Source: the human T2T-CHM13v2.0 reference genome, Homo sapiens. From it: a stretch of 64,000 bases of DNA. The stretch is from the NCBI RefSeq assembly GCF_009914755.1, contig NC_060925.1; one strand, 5' to 3'. Each line of letters begins with the position of its first letter. The stretch's first letter is position 1. Under the pieces are notes generated by a model that did not search any database, was not told where the DNA came from, and saw only the letters and a program-made list of their open reading frames with translations. This document shows positions 27,536 through 40,370 of the stretch, one piece after another. The position numbers were made by a program, and so were the translations under genes.

Positions 27536-30315
27536 TTGATAGCAAAAGAGTTTTAATCAGTAGAGATCTTAAACTCAATACAAGGCAAGAGGAAAGGACA
27601 TAAAAATCAAGCGTGGGCTTGCTAAATTCAAGATTTAAATATATTGCCTTTCTTTCACTACAATCACAACTCAGTTAGGTAGATACTTTAATTCACATTT
27701 TACAGATGAGAAGATTCAGAGTTTAAGCTTCCCAAGGACAGAAAGGTAAGTCAGTGGGAAATTCCATGTACATTCCATTACTAAATGCCACATAACTGTT
27801 TGGATAACATAAGAAGAGTGGGTCATTATATGATACCAATTAGAAGATATTAGGGATGGTGGAGGCAGTAATTTCTGGGATAAGAACTATAATTTACAGA
27901 ATAACCAGACATCATCTGATCTGGTGAAACCTGTGCATTCCCACAATTAGGCTTTTTCACACTTTCTCTCTTTAAATGTGCAACACCTTCCCCATCCCCT
28001 CTTTACTTGTAGCAGTTGATTTTGCTTCTTATATCCCGAGAAAGCAACTACCACCAAATCTACCAGTCAACTCATCTATATTTGAACTTAAAGATCTTTA
28101 TGTTAGAATGGAATCTATCCATGTTCCAGCTTAGGCGAAGCCCTTCTGAAGATATCCATTCCTTCCTTCCTCATCAAATTTTCCTTTTTGACTAGATTAA
28201 AAAATTTCAACCAGTAGGCATAATCAGAACCTTTGTCTCATAATGAAAAGATAGTTAATAAGGCTCATCAATTGTCCGTAATTTTGTTTTGGTTCATGTC
28301 TGTCCAAAGCAACAGAAAGGACCACATTTTTGCTAAGATCTCTTCTAGTGCTATAATCCTAGGTGATTCTAGTAAAATATTTATAGAGTGCTTATTCTAT
28401 GTGAGACACTGTGCTAACACTTTACATGCATTATCCTGCTTAATCCTCGCAATCCTAAAAAGAGGTACTATTATAATATTCATTTTATAGATAACAAAAC
28501 TGGGGCTTAGAGAAGTTAAGTAACTTGTCTGAGTTTACTAGCTAGTTAATAGCACAGTAGGATTCAAACCTGACTGGCAGAGTTTGTTATTAAAGCATTG
28601 TACCATGTATTTTGTAATCTCAATTGCATGTACATTAGTGCAAATGAAAGTTGCCTGCCTTTATTATTTATATATTTGTCTATAATACAAAAGCAAAATT
28701 ATATTGTTACAAAACCCCAAATAATTTTAATCTCAATTTGCAACATAATCCACATTTTACATATCTATAAACAATAAACGTTTTAGTATTCAAATGCCTT
28801 AGAAAGAATTCATTTTGGTTCAATAATTTTATAGCCAGGATAAAGTCATATTTATAATTTATAATTTTCTGTCCAGGTTTTTAATAAAAATCAGTAATGT
28901 TAAATGGAATACTATCATTTTATAGAGAAACAGTATGAAATTACATTGAGAAATGAGAACAGTCATTAAACATTAAGATTTTATTACAAACCATGCATTA
29001 TATATTTCTTTACACTTAAGGAATAGATATGAAACAATCTTGGAGTAAAAATTAGAAGGCAACTTGCTTCAAGTTTGTACCAAGTCAATCAAGCAGAAAC
29101 CTGAAGAACCTTGTTTTAAGATGAGAGTCATTTATACTTGGCAGGCATTTTCTTCCAATGAAAAAATAAAGTCAATGTGCCATTATCTTGACACTTATAA
29201 AAATGTTTATAAAAAGCATTTAGGCCATTGATTCTCACAGTTGGCTGAATATTGGAATCACCTAGATTAAAAAAAATACTAATCCCTATACAACATCCCC
29301 AAAATTCAGATTTAATTAGTGTAAGTTAGGCCCTGGGCATATAGGCTGTTTTAAAATTCCTCGGGTGAGTCTAATGTGTACCAGTTTGAAAACCACTAGC
29401 TTAGAGACCTGTTCCATCATCATAGAAGTCACTCTTTAGCTGAATGATTCTATATGCCCTGATTTCAGTGGGTAGTGTTGTTATTTTAAACATCTGATAG
29501 GTGTATCTCCCTTGATTAAAAAATAAATACCTTATGGAAGAGATTATATGTTTTATTTATCATTGTCTCTGCATATCTGGAACAACGAAAGGCACATAGC
29601 AGTTGCTAAATAAATATCTTTTGAATGAATATATGATTGCCTTATACTTCTTTTATATCCCCATCTTCTAATAGATTATGAAAACTAGAATTCAAAATAT
29701 ATATACTGAACAAATGAATGACTGAAGCAATTGGGGATAATATTTAAGGCAAAACCAAATCTGATAAAATATACACATATTTTAAAAACACATACATATA
29801 TATAAATAGATCAAAAGTGGAAAAAGAATATATAAAAGAGTGCAACATTTGGCAGCTGAGAATTATTTCATTGAGTTTTCAAATATTCTTCACATTCTTA
29901 TACTTAGAAACAAAGAAGTAACCCCAAACAACTAATTCATTAGCTAATATCTCAGAACTTGCACATTTGCAGATAAATTTTCTTTTAAGAACAGAATTAT
30001 AGTTTAATCCCTAACACAGCTCAGTTTTCAAAATTCAAGTAAATAAAATTTTAGCACACATCATGATAGCCTTACTGGATAGCTGTGTTAAAAACAAAAA
30101 GTATTTGGTATCATCTATTGTTATGTGCTCTCAGTTGAGATCTAGTTAGTTTCCTAAGAGTCTCACATTGATAACTATTTTGGCACTTCCTTACATAATG
30201 TGTTTATTTAGAAATACCTTATTAATGACAGACTTCCTTTTGAGTAGCTACATTCTCAGATATGGCTTCATTTATCAAAGTTCCACAAGTATTACATAAT
30301 TTTTAATTCAGTTAG
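27536..30315 (-). other. DEPDC1: DEPDC1 long 3'UTR (exon 12 non-coding part; 3' end approximate)
   Basis: Follows stop at 30318-30316; candidate poly(A) signals AATAAA (28985-28980) and ATTAAA (27557-27552); contains MIR/L2/MER5-like fragments. Confidence 0.65.
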
Positions 30316-30453
30316 TTATCTTAGACTACGGAACTTTGGTTTTCTTAAAATCAGCATTGGTTGCTTGATTGTAGGTTTGTCACCAAAAAGTGCTGCTTCA
30401 CTCTCCGTGGTTGGAAATCTTTTCTGATATATCAAAGGATATTCCTTCTGAAA
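30316..30453 (-). CDS. DEPDC1: DEPDC1 exon 12 coding part (138 nt incl. TAA)
   Basis: [45 protein letters not shown]; acceptor tttttaag. Confidence 0.96.
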   Translation of the reverse strand, partial: FQKEYPLIYQKRFPTTESEAALFGDKPTIKQPMLILRKPKFRSLR

Positions 30454-31170
30454 CTTAAAAATGAGGTGAGAAATTAGAAGGTATTTAACATTATTTCCCA
30501 AGCTGAAGCAGTGCTCAACATTTTATAAGAATTCAGTGTTTTTCTCAAAGACGTAGTATAGAGATTAGTATCCTTTCATTTTATCCTTGCCTTTCCCTCT
30601 CTCTTCTCATGTGAATACTATAAGATCTCTTAGATCTCATTAACATTAACATTTTAGGATTCTTTCTCTTCCGATGTTAATTCTCCCCCTAAATTCCAGA
30701 TCTTCTTTCCCACTGATAAAACCTATGAAGGGCATAGGCATCTAGTATTCATATTTCTTTCAGTGTCTCAGACTTAGAATTAGACATGCCAAAATCATGT
30801 GGCTACTGGGCTTTCAGAGCTAAAAATTCTAAAACAGTGATAAGTCACTCAAAGATACATATCCATACCTTATAAATTGCTTTCCCAGGCTAATCCAAGC
30901 TATAATTATACAAAATACCAGTGAAAAAGGAGAGTATATATTATTACTGTTGGTATTATTTTAAAATTCAGGATAAAGAGCAAAATCAGGTAGGTACTCA
31001 CATGTTTTAGGTTAACGCACATATACAAGACATCATAATATATAGTCTATATAACTCAAACTTAAAATCTAAAATATTAAAATAAGAAAGTAGATTCTAA
31101 ATGTTATTAACAACCAGGAACAGCACATTAGAAAATGTTTACATGATTGAGAACTTGCTCATTCTCTTAC

Positions 31171-31356
31171 CTGTTTTAGTTTTTTTCTTTTCTCCTTTAG
31201 AGGTAAACTCCTGTTTTTAATAATATTTTCTAAAAGTTCTGCAATTGCAGCTTGAGAGGTAGAAACTTTTTGCTCATCAAACTCCTGAGCACTAATCTGC
31301 TTACAGTATGAGTAAGTTGGCAAAGGAGCAAATAGTCCATCTCCAGGATTTTCAAT
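31171..31356 (-). CDS. DEPDC1: DEPDC1 exon 11 (186 nt)
   Basis: IENPGDGLFAPLPTYSYCKQISAQEFDEQKV...KEKRKKLKQ; AG/GT boundaries, phase 0-0. Confidence 0.96.
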
Positions 31357-32527
31357 CTGTAGTGATCAAAATGATATAACTCTGTTAATTCTGGTCATGT
31401 TCTTATATGATAAAGTATTCTTTTGATGGGATCTAGCACCTATTAATTTACCACCAATCAAACATTCAGCCATTAAAAAAACTATGTATTATGCAGTAGA
31501 GGTATGTAAGTCAGTAGGTTCTAAACCCCAGCTCCATAATCTACTTGGTTTGTAGCATTCAACAATGTATTTAACTTTTCTTGGTCTGTTTCTTCATCAT
31601 TAAAATGGAAATTACATAAGAAAATGTATAGAAAGGGCTCAGCCCACAATAAGCATTAAATAAAGACAGGTATTATAATTATTACCATTAACTATGGATT
31701 TTATTCTTTTAACTATAAAATAACAATCTAAGTGTTATTCTAATTCATCTTAAGACTTTAATGTTCTGACAGTGCAGGTAGTAGATGATCAGCATATTTA
31801 CTGAAATGAAATATTTTTAGTTTTCATGTATTTTTTTTTTTTTTGAGGCCTAGGGACATAGGCAGAGCTTCTAACATCTTCTGATAAGAGAAAGAAATTC
31901 TAGGAGATAGTTATAATTATAAGCCAGGGCAATATTAGAATGGTATGTATGGGAAAAACATAAACATGTGTTGGGCAGCCAAAGACAGAATACAGTAGAT
32001 GTCTGTTATTTTGGCTGCTCAGTATTCCTTCTCTCCTTCTTTTAATAGTTCCTTCCCATTTTACCCCTCTACCTTCACCTTTTGTGAAGAATAAATTCTC
32101 CTTTGTGTAGAACCAATCAGAGTAAGGCCCTATCTCCATCCTACTCACTCTTAACAACCTAAACGATGCATATTTAACCTCAACTATGCTAAGAGTCTAC
32201 ATCCAGAGCTTTTAAATTGGAGACGGAGGAATGGCTCTTTTTCCTTTGAATTGCAAATGTAAGGCTCTAACTCATGAACTTCAACTAGCCACATTCCTCA
32301 TCATGTGAAGGAGCCATTGTCAAACACAGGATCAACACAGAAATAAGAGATGGAGGGATGGAAAGAGTCATATAGCTATTTGAGTCCCAGATTCTGTCTA
32401 CATTCCTGACTTTTAGAGGTTGTTTATGGGAGCTGATAAAGTCTCCCTTTTTGATTAAGCTATTTTGAGATGAGTTTGCCACTTGCAACTGACTATTGCA
32501 GAGAATTTTAAGACTCACAATACTTAC

Positions 32528-32704
32528 ATGTCCCTTTTTTAAGTAGTCAAGATGTTTTTCCACTGCAGTCTGTAAGTAAGAGGGTACTTGAAGAATTTCC
32601 TGATGATGATCCATTAAGAAAGAAACTAATCTTCCAGCAAGAAGCTCATCAAGATCCACTTCTTCAGCACAGCATAACACACATCGAGAAAAGGTATGTA
32701 TCAT
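32528..32704 (-). CDS. DEPDC1: DEPDC1 exon 10 (177 nt)
   Basis: MIHTFSRCVLCCAEEVDLDELLAGRLVSFLMDHHQEILQVPSYLQTAVEKHLDYLKKGH; donor gtaagt. Confidence 0.96.
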
Positions 32705-32904
32705 CTAGAAAAATATTAAAAGATGTGAATTTAAAAAGCTAAGGTTGCATACAAACTAGAATATCGGTAATTTCCAGGTAGCATTATGTGAAGTATTGGG
32801 AAAAAGTGGTAAGCAGCCCTCAGTTTAAAAATGAGGACAACGATTTATACAGTTAGAAATGTAAGAATTTGATTATACATAAATCCTTTTTAAAGTTTTT
32901 CCAT

Positions 32905-33273
<369 letters not shown>

Positions 33274-33639
33274 TTATCAGTAAACACCATAGGTTCTATT
33301 AATACCACATATATATGTTGCTTAAGCTTAAAGATTGTCAGAGAACAATAACTAATTACATTAAATGAATCCCACAGAAAAACACAAACCAGGAGAATGT
33401 GTAACATATAGAACACTTCTATTCATAAGTGGTTGCAAAGCTGATGCCATTTAGCTTTTGAAATGCTGGAAAATAGTTTTTAAAAATGTTTATTCTGTCA
33501 GTCTTTAGACAGCAATTTAAAACACACATTTTTCAATTCCATCTTATGGGATCTTCAAATCCTGGGATAAAATTGATTACTCTCACTTATTACTCTCGTT
33601 ACTTTCACTTATATCTATGCAACCCTCTAACTGTAACAC

Positions 33640-33668
<29 letters not shown>
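33640..33668. repeat. (CA)n microsatellite
   Basis: ~14 CA units. Confidence 0.95.
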
Positions 33669-33670
<2 letters not shown>

Positions 33671-34824
33671 CTCATTCTAAAATACTTAGAAATCAGAATT
33701 GTTTTAAATATTTCACACATAGTAGATGATCAGAATATTTATAGAATTGATACATTTTTAGTTTTATTCCTACACATCACTCGGGGTTTCCTGTCTCCTT
33801 CCATGGCTCAGACCTCAGCCTTTTGCTCTTTCTTCACACTCTTAGCCTTGTAGAGCTCATCTACTCTCATAGCTTCAAGTACTATCCCTATGTAAATGAC
33901 CAAATCAATTTGCATTCTCCCCTGATCTTTCTTCACCTGGCTCATATTTCCAACATTCTGTTGGACAAATTTCAATTTCTCTTGGAGGTCCTATGACTTC
34001 AAATCTTAAAAGTGCAAAACCAAAATTATCACCTTCCCAGTCATGTCTCTGAAAACATCTTCCTCTATAAACTTCCTAGCTTTTTAATAGTGCTATAATT
34101 ACTCAAGAATAATTCTTCTTCTTTATATTAGGTCTGTCATTGTTAAAGAACTATCTTTAATAACGCGTGGAAGAAAGCATAACTCCGGATTCCTTGCTAT
34201 AAGAACCTCTTGTAAATTGAAGTTGCATTTTGAGGAAGTGGTGACTTAAAAAAAAAGAAAGAGATTAAAGATACTATTTCAAGAGTTCATTTCCAATCAA
34301 TTGTCTGCATATAAATGCCCTTATCCTCATTTTCACAAGGAGCCTAAGGCTGTTTGGCAATAGTGCTTCCCAACTTCTTGTCCACGATGACCTACTTTTC
34401 CATTACTATATTCTCTGAAACACTGACTTACTGTATTAAGTTCCATTAGTTCTCTGCGTCCACAGTTATAGTCTCCTTAGGCTTTCAACAGTACCTACAT
34501 TTCTTCTTCCTTATCCACCAAACAGAATTGGCACAAGGCAACATAACGTGGTCTGACTGGTCAATCACTATGAAGTGATTCAGGATGAATGAGCAGGCAA
34601 AGTCCTTAGCCAGGATTAACATCAGCATGTGAAAGTATAACAGAGTGTGCACAAAAGATTAATACACCAAAATTCTGCTGCTAGGAAAGGTTAAAGAGCC
34701 TTTCCAACCTAAGAATCTAGCACTTTAAGACTAAGACATCACTTGAGTAGTACTTTTACGTAGTTTGGTTTTGTTATTTTGGTTTATGAATCAGACTTAT
34801 TCTTTCTATAAGAAATCAACTTAC

Positions 34825-34997
34825 CAGTGACCTCGTACCCATTGCATCATGAAGTTTGGGCATATCAACATTTTGACTCATTCGGGAAATCATACGCATT
34901 AAAAGTTGAAGCTTTCTACGATTTGGTGGGGGAAGTAACAAACAACATAACTGTAGAGCATCGATGGCAACCCTCTCTAAATGAGGTTGCAGCAAGC
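34825..34997 (-). CDS. DEPDC1: DEPDC1 exon 9 (173 nt)
   Basis: LLQPHLERVAIDALQLCCLLLPPPNRRKLQLLMRMISRMSQNVDMPKLHDAMGTRSL (RhoGAP-like helices); ttctag/gtaagt. Confidence 0.96.
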
Positions 34998-35431
34998 CTA
35001 GAATACAAAAATACCCCCCCAAAAAATCATCAATGACACTAGTTGCTTTCATACTACCAGTATATACAGCTATATAAAGAAGGTAAAATAATATCTTAGT
35101 ATTTCATCTTTTAACTATTTCTAGAAATTACGTTCCTCTAAAGCATGGTAAGATTCTCATTATTTTCTTTACAACTTATTTCTAAGTATTAAAATTCTTC
35201 ACTTATTACAAATAAAGTGACTCAGAATAAATGAAATTGCAAAAAAGAAAATAAGTTCCTTAGGTAAACAGAATAAATCTTGGTTATGTCACAGACAAAA
35301 GTCTTTTTAAATAATTCCTCTTGGAGGAAAAAAAATTAAGCAACTTCAAGGAAGAAAAGCCAGGTAAGCAAAACACAGAGTTAGTAAACACTCAAAGTTA
35401 ATATTGCATGCATTGAAAGCAACAGCCTTAC

Positions 35432-36283
35432 TTTGTGTGCCAGTCAACATAGAAGAAGCTGGAAGTAAAGAATTTTCTGAAAGTTCTATTGTACTTTTGC
35501 AGAGTCTTTTATTGATTGTGGCACTAGACTCTCCGAGTTCACTTTCCATAGCTGTTTGCACACTTGTGCTGCCTTGTCCAACATTTGGTTTCATGATAAT
35601 TTCAGCCACTGGTGTATTGATATAACTATTCCTTCTTGTACTACTTCTTAAAAGCAAACTCTGAGACCTACAAAGCTGTTTTGACTTGCATTTCCCATTA
35701 CACAACTCCTCTTGGTCTTGAACAGTCAAAGTAGAGGTTCTCTTAAAACCAGCACTGAATGGCTTTTGAATATTTTCCTCTGAATGAAGATTCAACAGGA
35801 ATTCCTGTTTGGGCTTAGACTCTAAAAACAGTTTATTATTTTGTCCTTCTATGTTCGGAAAAGATTGATGAAAGACACTGGATGCCTCTTTACTTGAATT
35901 CCCTGGCACATCTACAATTCCTTCCAAAGAACAGCACCTTGGTTTGCTGTTAGAGGATAGATCATGCATATTACTTAACCCTATTAAATTATGACAACTT
36001 CCTCCCATTATGTCATTAGCACTCACTCTTCTGTTTCTTAAATTAACTAGCTGCATTTTCTTAGCACATCTTTCTTGAAATCCTGGATTGCTTATCTGTA
36101 GTCTCTCAGTAGAATCTGATTCTTCTTTGTTTTTTTCTCTATGAAGCAGACTGAGAAGAAGGCACTCAGTTGATTTGAAGGAATTCAAATTGTTTAAGTG
36201 AAGGAATTTTGAAGACTGTGGATCATCTTGAATTTTATGTATCCCACTGGATCTATCTGAAACTGTGATGTAGCCACAAACAA
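35432..36283 (-). CDS. DEPDC1: DEPDC1 exon 8, 852-nt in-frame cassette exon
   Basis: VVCGYITVSDRSSG...MLTGTQ; phase 1-1, 284 codons; inclusion gives 811 aa and skipping 527 aa, matching the two known DEPDC1 isoforms. Confidence 0.96.
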
Positions 36284-36614
36284 CTACCAGGAAATGAAAC
36301 AAAAATTAAGATGCAACTGTATGACAGTGGACAAAAATAAAACAAAAACAATAGTAAAGTTAAAAAATAAAGCATTACTATAGTATATATTGTTAGTATA
36401 GTATACACAGTAGTTGCTTAATTCAGAAGCCACTTAAATAGGACACATGCAACATTCGGTTACAAACGTGCAAGACAGATGAGTGGTTTTCCCATTTGTA
36501 ATATAACTTTAAAAAATTATTTCAACAGCCTAATTAAATGGATTGAGCCAGAATACATTTAAAAAATCTGTTCTCAGTCTGCAAGTACTAGAAACCTCAT
36601 AAATATAAGATAAT

Positions 36615-37211
36615 TGTGGTATAATAAAATACATATATTTGATCTTTGTCCTTGGTACCTGGTATGGAGCTCCTAAAATCCTTGAAATTTCCTGAATGAT
36701 AGAAGTCTTTAGTTACTCATAACAAGCCTATTTCAGCGTATCTGAGTTCATGCTAAGGTAACTGAGGGCCGGCCATGGTTTGAATTTTCATCACCAACTA
36801 CAACCTTGTGGGAGGAGAAAGGGGCTAGAGATTGAGTTCAATTGACAACAGTGACCAATGATTTGGTCAGTCATGCCTTGGTAATTAAACTTCAATTAAA
36901 ACTCTAAAACATGCAGGCTGAGGGAGTTTTCTAGGTTAGTGAACACATGGATGTGCTGGGATCACGGCATGACCAGAAAGGGTAGAGAAACTCTGTGCCA
37001 CCCCCACCCTCATACCGTGCTCTGTGTAACTCTTCCATTTGGCTATTCTTGAGGTCTAGCTTTTATAATAAACTAATAGTCATAGTTAAAGTGCTTTTCT
37101 GAGTTCTGTGAATCATTGTAGTGAATTATTGAGTCTGGTAGGGGGTTGAGGGAAGTCCCGAATTGGTAGTTGGCTGGGCGGAAGTATGAGTAACCTCGGA
37201 ACCTTATTTCA
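36615..37211 (+). mobile_element. MER21C-like LTR in DEPDC1 intron 7
   Basis: tgtggtataataaaat..ggagctcctaaaatccttgaaatttcctgaatgatag start and cttccatttggct..ttttataataaact..ctgagttctgtga motifs. Confidence 0.75.
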
Positions 37212-37335
37212 CTGAATTTTAAAATAATTTGTAGGCTGCCACCTTTATATTTACCTATGGTTTTAGATCTTCTAAATTATAAGAAAGTTGAAAACTTTAA
37301 CAAAATGAACTAAAATCAGTAAAATCTATACATAC

Positions 37336-37476
37336 CCAAAATGTTTACAAATAATTCGTAATATTCAAAAGTAAGTAGAGGTTCAGGGAGATCTAGAAAA
37401 TAATCTGCGATTGTTCTGAATACATCTCGTTCAAATCCAACATAAGTTGGATTATTCATATCATTGCTTCTTGGCC
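37336..37476 (-). CDS. DEPDC1: DEPDC1 exon 7 (141 nt)
   Basis: WPRSNDMNNPTYVGFERDVFRTIADYFLDLPEPLLTFEYYELFVNIL (RhoGAP-like LPEPLLT motif); cttag/gtatgt. Confidence 0.96.
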
Positions 37477-38550
37477 CTAAGAAGTAGAAGGCAAGAGAAA
37501 AAGGTAAAGTATATTTTAATTTAAATACAATTTTTAAACATAAAAAGTATAAAATCTGTATTTCATGAAGGAGCTAGGTTTAACAACAAATTCTGCCACA
37601 GTTCAAAAATTTAAAGGGTGTATTTCATTCTTCCTCATTATCTTTCCACTGGAAGCAGTCAATTGCTAGTATTTTGTTTAACATTTGTATACCTGAAAAA
37701 TCATACATAAAGCAAAATTTTAATATCATTTTAAAAGCATTAGGGAAGCTTAGTTTAATAAGATTTTATTGTAATTCATTTTGTAAAGGAAAGAATATTT
37801 GGACAACACAAATAATTCCTTCAAATTGTCTTTTTGTAAATTTACATGTTCATGAATATATTTTGTCTGACATGAAGCATAGCCTTAATGAATTTAAATA
37901 ATATCTTTACATTGTTGTTTCTTAAGCTTGACACAACTATTGAAATAATCATACCTACTCATTTGTGTTTTCCTCAAAAATAAGATCTGATCTCATTTTA
38001 TAGATAAGAAAACTGAGGCTGAGAGTACCTTGCCCAAGATGAAAAAGACTCTGGTAGCAAAGTTTGAATTAGAAGTTAGAGCAGTGTAAAATAAGCACAA
38101 GGCCCAGGACTTTTAAAGCTACAACAACATTTAAAGTGTGGTTCATAGATTATATCACAGAATCATCCAATGTGCCTATTAAAAATACAAAGTCCTCTAT
38201 GGAGACCATAATCCATGAAGGCGGGGCCAGAAATTTACTGACCTAGAAATGTTTGCTTCTGGTTCACTGAGTGTTTTCCAAACACTAACCTGAGAATCTT
38301 CACTATAGTAATCTTCTGGAGGCATATATATATATATATATTTTTTAAAGATTCCTGACCTACAGAATCTCTGGAGAGTCTCTTTAGTGACTGTGGTATG
38401 CATCTAGGTTTTAGAGCCATTATACTATCTTTCAAGTTAAAATGTTTCTCTTCCCAAGTCCAAATAATATTTCTTACTTCTCTGTTTCCAAACTTTTGTA
38501 TGGACACACAAATGTGAGCACACACTGAAAAAGAATTAAAGAAAACAATT

Positions 38551-38575
38551 CACACACACACACACACACACACAC
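38551..38575. repeat. (CA)n microsatellite
   Basis: ~12 CA units. Confidence 0.9.
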
Positions 38576-39500
38576 TCTTAACAACAGAGCAAAATAGATA
38601 TTTTTCTAAGGACATAAGAAATAGTATGTGGAATAAAAGATTTGATAATCATTAGAAAGTTCTCTAAGACAGAAAATACATGTTTACAGGAATTAAAAAT
38701 ATTAAAAATATAGAATTTATAGAGAATCTAGGTTTGAGCTCTAGCTCATTTGCACTAAAAGAAGATACTCTAAGCTTTGGCTTTCTCTGTTGGAAAAATT
38801 GGGATGGTATACTGATTACTAATTCCTACATCTCACAGAATTACTCTGGGGGATCGAATAACAAGTAAAGTAAGTCTTAACACTGCCTCTGGCTAAATAC
38901 ATTGTTGCTAATTTGGAATCCAGTAAGTTATATAATTGGTATCGTTTAGGTATTACATAGACTGAAACGAGAAGGAAGACAGAATCCCTGAAGACCAGAT
39001 GTCAGAGAAATCCCTGTCAGTATGCCTATCTGAATTCCTAACCATGAGCAAAGGAATGAAAGAGAGGAATAGCTAACTATACCTGGAAAGTAGAAAGACA
39101 AATTCAAGTCTTAAGTTCATAATAAAGATTTTAATCTTAATTTGATAAAATGTTTCTGTAAATATATTTAATTTATTGCTATTTATTCAATGTCATTTTA
39201 TCATATTGACACCCAGTGGACAACAAAGGAATATAAAGTTACCCTGAACATTAATAAAACCCTATTAGCATTTAGAAAATGCTAATTTTGTATGAACTAG
39301 AAAATTATACTTGTAACTATTAAAACATAATTTAGCTTTTGATGATTTAGCTTATATCTTTGTACATTTAAAAAATTAACTTTGAAAGCAATTAGGATTT
39401 TGTACTCATACTAGGGTTTTATGTTACAAAAATCAATTATCACTGATCACTACGAAAAGCTTGATCAATTAAATGCTAAAAAAATTTCTGGATTAGTGAC

Positions 39501-39891
39501 TGATAAGGTTTGGATCTGTCCTCACCCAAATCTCATGCCAAATTGGTAATCCCCGGTGTTGGAGGTGGGGCCTGGTGGGAGGTGATTGAATCATGGGGGT
39601 GTATTTCCCCTTTGGTGCTGTTCTTGTGATACTGAGTGAGTTATCACAAGATCTGGTTGTTTAAAAGTGCGTACCACCTCTGCACACAACCTTCCTCCTG
39701 CTCCAGCCATGTAAGACATGCCTGCTTCCCCTCCACCTTCTGCCATGACTGTAAGTTGTAAGTTTCCTGAGGCCTCCTCAGCCATGTTTCCTATACAACC
39801 TGTGGAACCATGAGCCAATTAAACCTCTTTGCTTTATAAATTACCCAGTCTCAAGTATTTCTTTACAGCAGCACGAGAACAAACTAATACA
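39501..39891 (+). mobile_element. MSTA/MSTB-like solo MaLR LTR
   Basis: tgataaggtttggatctg..aaattacccagtctc..actaataca; 5-bp TSD gtgac/atgac. Confidence 0.9.
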
Positions 39892-40262
39892 ATGACAGAT
39901 AATCTTTTTTTTTCATAACATAAAGTCACATTAATATATCTAGTATTCTATGCTTCTACACTATAGAAATACCAAGGAGTTCAAGCCATTTGAACTCTGA
40001 GCCTCACTGAGGCAATTAGTGTGGATTTCACTTAAAAAATCCTTTGAGATCCTCTAGGCTATGACTTTATAATATATGTGAACTAAACCATAAATAATAT
40101 GCTTGAATTAAAAAATCGCCACCTTTCTAAACAGAAAAAATTAAGGGCTCCATAATGTAATAAATTCCACTAGACTTTCATTTATAAATAAAGAGAAATG
40201 ATATACTTTAATTTTATCAGGACTTTATTAAATTTCCTTGGTTCTTGTTAAATACTATCAAT

Positions 40263-40266
<4 letters not shown>

Positions 40267-40308
<42 letters not shown>
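40267..40308. repeat. (CA)21 microsatellite next to DEPDC1 exon 6 donor
   Basis: 21 CA units; reads (UG)21 in the pre-mRNA. Confidence 0.95.
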
Positions 40309-40313
<5 letters not shown>

Positions 40314-40322
40314 TTAACTTAC

Positions 40323-40370
40323 AATTTGCTAGGCACTTCATGGCAGATAATACCCAGTGAGGGAGGTCAT
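40323..40370 (-). CDS. DEPDC1: DEPDC1 exon 6 (48 nt)
   Basis: DDLPHWVLSAMKCLAN(W); tgtag/gtaagt; phase 1-1. Confidence 0.95.

Noticed and set aside
35346-35431. Read-through of the exon 8 ORF into the intron as an alternative C-terminus
   Set aside because: No minus-strand AATAAA seen before exon 9; a 28-codon open extension is expected by chance.
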